Shown here: positions 1 to 8,099 of the stretch, piece by piece | Layout of the letters: each line of letters begins with the position of its first letter | Numbering within the stretch: the first letter of the stretch is position 1 | Source of the DNA: an uncultured bacterium | GTDB taxonomy: Bacteria > Krumholzibacteriota > Krumholzibacteriia > Krumholzibacteriales > Krumholzibacteriaceae | NCBI GenBank assembly: GCA_963786935.1 | Contig: CAWBAN010000002.1 | Span: 1-64,000, forward strand | Direction: 5' to 3' | DNA length: 64,000 nt | Made by a program: the position numbers and the translations under genes | Notes under the pieces: model-generated | Told to the model about the DNA's origin: nothing | Database searches by the model: none | What the model saw: the letters and a program-made list of their open reading frames with translations, nothing else

Positions 1-2200
1 ACACATCGAACAGTTCCTCCAGGGAAAGACGGTAAAGGGATCCAGCAGCGCGGATTCCCCGCGAGGAGCCGCCATGCCCTTCAATGAAGCTCGCCACTTC
101 ATCCCGAAGCCCCACGCTGTGCGTTAGTATAAGATCTCTGAGGCGTTCGGCTTGCTGCAGACGATAACTATCTTCTGTCCCGGCTTCTGTTCCTGGAGCC
201 GTATCCAGCGGACAAGAAGGTCTCTCGCTTCTGCGACCTTTGATCGAATTGCCTCTATAGCTCTAGCCTCGATATGTCCGGGGCGATTCCTCTTCAAGAC
301 GTCGCGTTCCGTCTGCCGAACGGCCGAAGCAATATTCTGAGATGGCGAGTACATCTGGACCCACGCCTTGGCATTTTCTAGCTCACCTTCCCGGTTCCCC
401 CTGATGAATTCGATGGCTTGGTGAATCATCTGTCCATTCTTCGTCCAATGCTGCCAGACTTTCGTGGCTGGAGCGAAAACGATCGTTGCCGAGGCCGCCT
501 GATGCAGCCAAGTGCCAGACTCAACTTGAAGCTGCCGAAGACTGTCTTCCCAAGCGGTTTCGTCTCTTACCATTGTCAATATCGACGGATCTACGGGGAT
601 ATTCTTATCTGCATATTCAATCAACCGCTTAAGAAAACCATAGAGTTCGTTGAATCCTTTGAGCCCCTCTCGCAGCGTCGGATCGCGCAGGATCTCGGCC
701 GCCCCCGTCAGTGGAGCCAAGATCGCCGGTCTGAGTGAAGACGAAACAAGCAATAGGCTGATGGACTGGTTCCAGCTCTGCCGATCTTTGGAATAACATA
801 TCTCCGGATCATAGGATTGAAAAGACCTGGCTGATGCGTGAGGATAAATCACCATCTGCGTATCTCACGGCTCTTCCCAATACTAGCAGATGTAGCACCC
901 AGGCTGGCATTCTAGGCCGGATGTCGCTCCATTTCTCATCATTGCATCGAGCAAGATGATACGCGAAATCCTCGCGGCGGTCCGCGATGAGCTGCCAAAG
1001 CAGTTCGTTCACATCGCCCAGAAGGGGTACGGGGCCAGCGTCGATAATGAGCTTTGCAATCTCCGCGGAAGTTGCATTCGCAGGTATCCCGCTAGTGGGT
1101 TCGGGGACTAGTCTCCTTCTTCGTTCCCGCCGCTGCAACATCCAGTGGGGCGGATCTATGCGTCGATTCGACGCCTGGTTCTTCCTCCTGTTCCTTATGA
1201 GTCGTCTCTGGATGCACTCGGCCTTTCGCACCACCACCGCGCTCAATGCCCACTCCCGAAGTGCCAGTCGCGGGGCCGGGGCCCTCCCTCTGTTTCTTCA
1301 CGTAGTTCTTCACGGCTTCGTCGACCAGGGAATTACTTCCAGTCCCTAAACCATCGTTGGATCCTTTCTTCGCATCTGATTTTCCATTCGGTCGCAAATG
1401 CCGCTCCGCCGGAGCTTTCTTGCGTTTTGAATCAGTAGCAGCCTCGCTGTCCCCCGCCCCCGTCCATCTTCAGGAACATCCTGCTGGGCTTTGGGCTCCT
1501 CCCTCAATGCGTCCGAAACGATTTCAATTTTGTTACCCGGACTGCCTTCTGACAACACAATCAATTTGCCGCGAACGGCAGCGAGGGCCATGCTCTTTCC
1601 AAACGTGGGCCAATTTCGTCGAACAGGCGGTTGCACTGATCCTCGTCGAGGGTAGCTTCTTCCTTAACGATCTTCTAAGGAGGGCCCTGAAAGGACTGAC
1701 CCGCTGCTCCAACGACGGAGCAGCTTGATCGCCAGCTGGAATTGCTGGAGATAACAGGCTCCGCGACAGCTCATTGGCTGCATCATGACACTGCTGCAGC
1801 GCTGGAAACATCTTATCTTCATGGTGCCGAATTCGAAGAACCGTGGAGATGATTTCGTTCGTGCCTTTAATATTCTCTTGCTGTTCTTCCAGCGCTTTCT
1901 CTCGCTCGCTAATTCGATCAAGCCATGCGCTTAGAACGGTCAGGCTCGGCGATCTCCCTTCCCCTTCCCCAGCTTTCATGTTCAAGCCAGCGCCTAGCGC
2001 CTCAATTTCAATCTGGATTTCTCTCATTTGCACGCGAGCCCGGAGAAGGCTTGCATCGAGTTCTTCTGCGGGAAAGTACACCTCGCGCCTTCTCTTGAGC
2101 AACGCGCTCCCAAGCTTCGGAAAGATCGCTGGCTAGACTGTGAATTGTTTCTGCAGGGCAATAAAAACTTCTGTGATTTCTTTATGGGTCTCATCAAATA
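1..2200 (-). pseudogene. Large helical/coiled-coil hypothetical protein broken into several frames; runs off the left edge
   Basis: Overlapping minus-strand ORFs 1533..2102, 1346..1636, 1092..1397, 809..1246 and 124..855 tile end to end with protein-like content; start is approximate. Confidence 0.55.
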
Positions 2201-2589
2201 ACCTTTCCCCTGACCGCCGATAAATCTCTATACCAATGGGGCACGACACAGTTCATACCCCAAGAATGCGACGCTCGGTCTCGACCAGAAAGCCTTTCAG
2301 ACCCCTATCAATCCTTTGATGAATAAAAAATAGTCGAGATAAATCTATATCCCCATTTTCCCAATCATTTAAATGTTTTTTACGCTGTCGCATGAATTAC
2401 TTAGTGTTATTCCGGTAGCGGTCGAATCGGGTTTCGCATTGCGGATGCATCGCCTTCAGGCCGTTCGACCGACCTCCGCAGCTTCTGGTATACTCCAATT
2501 GGGTTCATCGAAACAGGAATAATCAGCGCGCGTCTCGCTGCGGCACTGGATCGTCCTTCGCCGCGGTCCTTCGGAGGAGCGAGGAAGGC

Positions 2590-3331
2590 ATGTCGCAGAT
2601 CAAAACCACTATTGGGTGACGGGGCAAATCCATCAAAACAGAATCATAAGCGGCGCGGCGCCGGGAATAGGCATTTCACCAGCAAGAAAGACCGAAGGGA
2701 TCTTCACGGTTCTTCGCCCCCTTCGGAGGCTATGGACTCGGACTGTAAACGGATATAAGCAATTCTACGACAGCTACTTGCGCAAATGGGCGTTTGTCTA
2801 TGCAGAGTAGTGGAAAAGATAATCGGTGGCCTATTCCCCGGGGAACATGAGGTTCATCACATAACAGAGACAAGAACAGGATAATAGGCCGGAAAAACCT
2901 GATTGTTCTGTCAAAAGCGTTGCATCAGGCAATTCACTCCGTCTGGCCATGAGGCATCCATCGGACATATCCCCAACTATGGGGCTTGCCCAAGATGTGG
3001 CGGATCCGGTTACATTCCTGAGTTCAGTCATGTTCAAGGTGGAATCTGTTTTCTCTGCTGGGGTAATGGCTCTCATGGCGCCTATGATGAGCAAGATGAA
3101 CGGGAAGAGCATGAACAAGCATTGCTTGACGAACAGGAAGAGCGCGAACAAGCATTGCTTGACGAACAGGAAGAGCGCGAACAAGCATGGCTCGATGAGC
3201 AAGATGAGCGGGAAGAGTACGAGCAAGCCCGACTCGACGAGCGAGAAGAGCACGAGCAGGCGTTGCTCGATGAGCAAGACGAACGAGAGCATTATGATTC
3301 ATATGATGACCAAGACGACTATTACCGCTGA
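2590..3331 (+). pseudogene. Frameshifted HNH endonuclease + CxxC zinc finger + acidic repeat protein
   Basis: ATG at 2590 after a GA-rich RBS; 2846-2937 reads HEVHHI..DK..DNRPENLIVLSKALHQAIH once indels are corrected; ORF 2903..3331 has CPRCGGSG..CFLCWGNG and DEQEEREQALL repeats. Confidence 0.6.
3085..3300 (+). repeat. 33-bp coding tandem repeat (EQALLDEQEER) with degenerate copies
   Basis: gaacaagcattgcttgacgaacaggaagagcgc occurs exactly at 3113-3145 and 3146-3178, flanked by degenerate units. Confidence 0.9.
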
Positions 3332-3931
3332 TAGCGGGTGGATGAAAGGAAGGCTAGGCCGCTTTGTTTGGAATTAAGAAGGTGCGGAGCAAACTCGATG
3401 CGTTGGACGCAAAAGTAAGCACCCTTGAAACTATAATATCCAAGCTCCAGCAGCAAGTTGATAGCGCTAAAGATCCATTTGCTGGCTTGTTCCAGGCTGC
3501 AAATAAAGGGCTCTTGGCGCTTCCAGAGGGCATATAATTGCGAGTGTCATCATCAGACTAGAGGGCGCGGTTCATGGAAATACGGGAATTCTTCAACTAC
3601 GTTAGTTACTTTTGTGGTTGGATTGAGCAAGCTGCCCGGAATCGCGGGGGTTCAAACAGCCGGAATTATCCCTGCCAGCCAATGGTTTGGTACGGTTACT
3701 TATTCCTATTCATTCGATAATCTAATTCCATCTTTCGTATATTATGCGTCCAGTTTCTTTCGGGATCACGAAGTGTTCTTGAAGAAGGCCATTGCTGCGG
3801 AGCGGTCTATTGAAATAGTTGCCATTTCAAAACGCATACGAAGCTACTAGTTCCGTATACTGACTGTCGCATTTGTTCGACATCTGCGCAAACGAGAGCT
3901 TGCCGTTAATGACGAAGTGCCTGCGCATAAA

Positions 3932-4130
3932 CGCCATGCAGACGACCGTCGAAGGCGACGACGCCGAGGTCATGGCGCTCATCCTGCAATGTCACCGGCA
4001 CATGCGCGCGAAGGCCAAGCGCGTGGTCACGCACATCGCGATCGACGACCGCGAGGGCGCTTCGGGGCGCCTCACGGGCAAGGTCGCGGATGTCGAGAAG
4101 GCGCTCGGTCGCAGATTATCCCATGAATGA
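3932..4130 (+). pseudogene. 3' fragment of MTH1187/thiamine-binding family gene (copy A)
   Basis: AMQTTVEGDDAEVMALILQCHRHMRAKAKRVVTHIAIDDREG.. is near-identical to 5719-5917; the 5' part is missing. Confidence 0.85.
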
Positions 4131-4186
4131 TTTGTGGCCCCCGGTCACAGCCGGATATGTCCGACCCACATTATGGAGGTTTGGCC

Positions 4187-4723
4187 GTGGACAGTCTAAT
4201 GCAACTCGCAGAACTCATAAAAAGGCGGAACCAGATCTCGACAGAGATTACAAAGCTCATTGGCCGCCCCGCGCAGATCGGGCACTTGGGCGAGTACATC
4301 GCTTCAAGAATTCTACACGTCAAGTTGGAATTGTCCGCAGTAAACAAAGGATTTGATGGTCGATTCTTGGAGGGACCTCTTTCCGGGAAAACTGTGGACG
4401 TGAAGTGGTACGCGAAAAAGGAAGGGCTCATTGATCTCAGGCTGAAGGACCTGCCAGATTATTACCTCATTCTAACCGGTCCGCACTCAGCCCAACCATC
4501 ATCTCGCGGCGAAGATCGCCTTTGGTTCATTGACGCGGTCTACCTTTTCGAGGCTCATGCTCTCGTTGAGAAATTGAAGCTGCGCGGCGTCAAGATTGGC
4601 ACCGCCGCCAGCGTATCACGAGACCTATGGCACGCTGCCGAAATCTATCCAGGTCAAGGATCGCAGGGCGTCCTCCTTGACGCGAATCAGCGTGCTATGA
4701 TAGCACTCTTCTCGAGCAAGTAG
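4187..4723 (+). CDS. Putative PD-(D/E)XK restriction-endonuclease-like protein (DUF6998-like)
   Basis: GHLGEYIAS..GFDGRF..TVDVKWY pattern; GGAGG at 4175 before GTG 4187; lower GC. Confidence 0.55.
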   Translation: MDSLMQLAELIKRRNQISTEITKLIGRPAQIGHLGEYIASRILHVKLELSAVNKGFDGRFLEGPLSGKTVDVKWYAKKEGLIDLRLKDLPDYYLILTGPHSAQPSSRGEDRLWFIDAVYLFEAHALVEKLKLRGVKIGTAASVSRDLWHAAEIYPGQGSQGVLLDANQRAMIALFSSK

Positions 4724-4822
4724 CGGGTCCATGCTCGCTCGCCTATTAGAAGAATCCACTGCTGCCGAGGATGGAATAACCATTCTCCCTTTGCAGCAGA
4801 CTCGGCCTGCCCCTCGACCATC

Positions 4823-4851
4823 TTGACACGGCATCGGACATCATATAGGGT
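4823..4851 (+). promoter_or_regulatory. sigma70-type promoter upstream of the SIMPL gene
   Basis: TTGACA(4823-4828)-N17-TAGGGT(4846-4851). Confidence 0.5.
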
Positions 4852-4935
4852 TGCAGCTTCGTCCACAAAAACTAGGCCGAAGCCGATACCGGGGACGACG
4901 TTCCGGGCGAGTCATTATTATCCAAGGAGGAAGCC

Positions 4936-5594
4936 ATGTCAGGAACTCTCGAAGTCCAGGGAGAGGGAAGGGCGAACGCGGTGCCCGACCGCATCCGCTT
5001 GAGTTTCGCCGTTTCGGGCTATGCTGTAGGTTACCGGGAAACGGTCGAGCAATTGAATGAGAAGACCGACGAGCTCCGCCGCCTCATCGAGGCCGGCGGC
5101 GCGGACAGGAACGCGGTGAAGACCGCGGATTTCGAGATCGAGGAGCGGTGGAGAACGGTGGAGAAAGTGAACAAGGCGAAGGGGGAGAAGACCACAGACC
5201 AGGTTTTCGAGGGATACACGGCGTCCCACTCCCTGCGGCTCGAGCTGAAGCACGACAAGGAGCAGGTCAACAAGCTCCTTCGCTCATAACCTCCGGGGAG
5301 CATCAGGCGCATCTCAGCGTGAATTTCTTCGTCGGCGATCAGGAGAGCCTGCGAAAGCGTGCCCTGGCGGATGCGGCGCGCGTCGCCCGCGAGAACGCGG
5401 AGATACTGGCGCGCGAGGCCGGGGTCAAGCTAGTGAAAGTGCTCAAGGTGAACTACGGGTGGGCCGAGGTGCGGTTCCGCCCGATGCCCAGCATGGACTA
5501 TATGCAGATCGACGCCTGCACGGCCTCCCCGGATTTCGAACCCGACGAGGTTGGGGACACTGAGCGCGTCACGATCGTGTATGAAATAGAATAG
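4936..5594 (+). CDS. SIMPL/DUF541 family protein with one frameshift near 5280
   Basis: TLEVQGEGRANAVPDRIRLSF.. and ALADAARVARENAEILAREAGVKL.. lie in adjacent frames; adding one T at ccttcg restores the frame. Confidence 0.85.
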
Positions 5595-5609
5595 AGGAAG
5601 GTGCTAATC

Positions 5610-5917
5610 ATGCTCGCCAGCTTCTCAATCTCCCCCGTCGGCGTCGGCGAGGCCCTGAGCAAGCACGTCGCCGAGATCATCGACATCATCGACAGGTCGG
5701 GGCTCAAGTACAAGCTCGGCGCCATGCAGACGACCGTCGAAGGCGACGACTCCGAGGTCATGGCGCTCATCCTGCAGTGCCACCGGCACATGCGCAAGAA
5801 GGCCAACGCGTGGTCACGCATATCGCGATCGACGACCGCGAGGGCGCTTCGGACCGCCTCACGGGCAAGGTCGCGGATGTCGAGAAGGCGCTCGGGCGGA
5901 AGGTTTCGCACGAGTAG
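5610..5917 (+). CDS. MTH1187/YkoF thiamine-binding family protein (copy B, full length, 1-nt deletion near 5807)
   Basis: MLASFSISPVGVGEALSKHVAEIIDIIDRSGLKYKLGAMQTTVEG; ggccaacgcg here versus ggccaagcgcg in copies A and C. Confidence 0.9.
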
Positions 5918-6076
5918 CGGTTCCTACCTCGCATGATACAATCGATCGAAGGCGATATAGCCGCTCGGCGAGTTCCAATCGAGGAGCTCCGCCGAGCACC
6001 GGGAATTGCCGATAATCGAGATCGTCGGAGGGCCGCCAAAGAAGCAGCCGACCCATTGACAGGCGATAAGTTGCGG

Positions 6077-6181
6077 GTTTGATATCACAATTTGTGATAT
6101 CAAACGTAGGGCCGAGGTGGCCGCAATCTGCGGCCTCCCCGGGCAATGCTCCGCCACTGGTCATCACAATCTGTGATGACC
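6077..6181. promoter_or_regulatory. Cluster of three palindromes (putative operators) upstream of ORF6N-1
   Basis: gtttgatatcacaa-t-ttgtgatatcaaac (6077-6105); ggccgca-atc-tgcggcc (6119-6135); ggtcatcaca-atc-tgtgatgacc (6159-6181). Confidence 0.75.
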
Positions 6182-6190
6182 TCGCTCCGC

Positions 6191-6219
6191 TTGACAATTC
6201 TTGGTAACTGCCCTAATAT
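6191..6219 (+). promoter_or_regulatory. sigma70 promoter of ORF6N-1
   Basis: TTGACA-N17-TAATAT; both hexamers are conserved at 11731-11759 while spacer bases differ. Confidence 0.75.
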
Positions 6220-6255
6220 CCGATTCGCGCGAAGGGGCTCGGGAGGTGGAGGCGG

Positions 6256-6837
6256 ATGGGAAACGGAATCCGCAAGAACTCGGCTCGTCAATCGTCAATT
6301 GTTCCCACAGAGAGCATCGAGCATAAGATCCTGCTCATTCGAGGCGAGAAGGTGATTATCGATGCCGACCTTGCCGCGCTCTACAGCGTGACGACGAAAA
6401 GGCTCAACGAGCAGATTCGGCGCAACCGCAACCGATTCCCTGGAGATTTTGTGTTTCGCCTTACTGTAAAAGAAGTTAAAGCTTTGAGGTCGCAAAATGC
6501 GACCTCAAACGGTACTCGCGGGGGCCTTCGATACTTGCCTTATGCCTTTACAGAGCATGGGGCCATCATGGCCGCGTCCGTGCTCAACACTCCCCGTGCC
6601 GTCGAAATGAGCGTCTTTGTCGTCCGGGCCTTCGTGCGGCTGCGCACCTTCCTCGCTGCACATAAGGAGCTCGCCGATAAGCTCGCCGAGCTCGAGCGCA
6701 AACTCGAGAGCCACGACGAACAGATCGTCGCCATTATCGACGCGATCAAACGCCTCATGGCGCCGCCCGCGCGGCCCGACGCGCCCGCGCCCGACGACAA
6801 GCGCCGTATCGGATTTCAATCTGGCGAAGAGCTCTGA
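6256..6837 (+). CDS. ORF6N domain DNA-binding protein (copy 1)
   Basis: IRGEKVIIDADLAALYSVTTKRLNEQIRRNRNRFPGDFVFRLT..YLPYAFTEHGAIMAASVLNT..RRIGF. Confidence 0.92.
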   Translation: MGNGIRKNSARQSSIVPTESIEHKILLIRGEKVIIDADLAALYSVTTKRLNEQIRRNRNRFPGDFVFRLTVKEVKALRSQNATSNGTRGGLRYLPYAFTEHGAIMAASVLNTPRAVEMSVFVVRAFVRLRTFLAAHKELADKLAELERKLESHDEQIVAIIDAIKRLMAPPARPDAPAPDDKRRIGFQSGEEL

Positions 6838-6870
6838 GTCGGAGTACGCTCGATGCGGAAACCGCACTCC

Positions 6871-7290
6871 CTACGGCATCCTGTGGAACCTCCAGTAGAC
6901 GGAGAAGGGGATGCCCGTCACGCCCGTCAGGTTCAAGGTATCCGCTTCGAACTCGTAGCTGAAGGCCATGAATTCACCGCTGGGATTGGGCGTCGACATC
7001 AAGAAAAGCACCGAGTCGTTGACGGACCAGACGTAGGGATTGGGATTCGTAGCCACCACGAGCGTGTCGTGATTGATGAAGTTCCACTGCATGTTCATGT
7101 AAATGTTGTCGGGATTCCCGTTGATGGTCGACTCGAAGACGACCCATGAGCCGAGGAACGCCTTTGCGGGATCATGGCAGACCGCCGGCGTGGGGCACGT
7201 GGGGCAATCGTCGTCGCTGCATGCGAAGATGCAAACGAGCGCGAGAACGAGCGAAGCGACGGCAAGCCGTCGGGCGGGGATCGTTTTCAT
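6871..7290 (-). CDS. Lipocalin-like lipoprotein
   Basis: Lipobox IFAC followed by SDDDCPTCPTP..FLGSW; GGAGG RBS; paralogue of 7333..7746 and 22137..22559. Confidence 0.75.
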   Translation of the reverse strand: MKTIPARRLAVASLVLALVCIFACSDDDCPTCPTPAVCHDPAKAFLGSWVVFESTINGNPDNIYMNMQWNFINHDTLVVATNPNPYVWSVNDSVLFLMSTPNPSGEFMAFSYEFEADTLNLTGVTGIPFSVYWRFHRMP

Positions 7291-7332
7291 CGTGGCCACC
7301 TCCATGAAACGCGGGCGCGGGGCCCGCTCGGC

Positions 7333-7746
7333 CTAGGGCGTCCTGTGGAGCTTCCAGTATACGTTCTTGATGAACACCTCGCTCCGCATCGTCAACGTGT
7401 CCGATTCGATACTATAGTAGAAGGCGTAGAAGAGGCTCGGGCTGGGCAGGTAGATCATGTAGATGAGCGTGTCGTTGGCGGACCAGTTGTAGAGGGTGGA
7501 ACTGTTCACCCACAGCGTGTCGTTCGCGCGGAAGTCCCACGACAGGCCGACGTATTCTTGAGTGGGAGTCCCGTTGACGGTCGACTCGAAGACGATCCAT
7601 GGGCCGAGGAGCGCCTTCGAAGGATCGTGGCAGGTCGGCGGCGTGGGGCACGTGGGGCAGCTCTCGTCGTCGCTGCACGATAAGATCCACAGGAGCGCGA
7701 GAACGAGCGAGGCGATAGCGAGCCGGCGGGCGGGGAGCGTTCTCAT
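7333..7746 (-). CDS. Lipocalin-like lipoprotein (tandem paralogue)
   Basis: ILSC-SDDESCPTCPTPPTCHDP..LLGPW; same RBS context as 7290. Confidence 0.75.
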   Translation of the reverse strand: MRTLPARRLAIASLVLALLWILSCSDDESCPTCPTPPTCHDPSKALLGPWIVFESTVNGTPTQEYVGLSWDFRANDTLWVNSSTLYNWSANDTLIYMIYLPSPSLFYAFYYSIESDTLTMRSEVFIKNVYWKLHRTP

Positions 7747-7801
7747 CGTGGCCACCTCCATGATAAGCAGGCATGCCGTTCGGATGTAGGCGAGTGCCCT
7801 G

Positions 7802-7830
7802 AGCCTACACCCGGCGGGGCGGCGGTTCAA
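7802..7830 (-). promoter_or_regulatory. sigma70-like promoter of the lipoprotein pair
   Basis: TTGAAC-N17-TAGGCT; analogous TTGAAG-N17-TAGGGT at 22620-22648 upstream of the third paralogue. Confidence 0.5.
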
Positions 7831-7871
7831 GGGGCAACCCGCAAATCCAGCAAGCGGGCAGATCCTCATTT

Positions 7872-7943
7872 ATCGTCGCCATCATCGACGCGATCAAGCG
7901 CCGCATCGGGTTTCGGGCCGAGGATGGAGGACCCGAGGAATAG
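7872..7943 (+). pseudogene. C-terminal remnant of an ORF6N gene
   Basis: Translates IVAIIDAIKRRIGFRAEDGGPEE*, matching the ORF6N tail IVAIIDAIKR..RRIGF. Confidence 0.75.
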
Positions 7944-8099
7944 TGGCTCTGCGGGAGGCTGGAAGGGAACCCCCTTGCACTCATCCGAGAAATCTGGTAC
8001 GCTTTCACCTCATCTCAAAATAATCTGGCATTGCTTGGTGCGGGCCGCCCGTGCAGGGGCGCAATCCGCCGCGGTGACTCCCGTTCCGGAGGTGGGATC

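Larger units (their letters stand above)
5752..6815 (+). repeat. Direct repeat copy 1 (MTH1187 3' end - palindromic leader - ORF6N)
   Basis: Aligns with 11063-12360 at offset 5313 before, and 5540 after, a 227-bp indel. Confidence 0.9.

Noticed and set aside
3085..3300. 33-bp repeats as CRISPR
   Set aside because: They are contiguous, in-frame coding repeats without spacers.
3458..3850. 130-aa ORF in AT-rich DNA
   Set aside because: No RBS or recognisable motif; it cannot be supported as a gene.
6077..6181. Palindrome cluster as a CRISPR array or integron attC sites
   Set aside because: The units are not identical direct repeats with unique spacers, are too short for attC, and no cas or intI gene is present.
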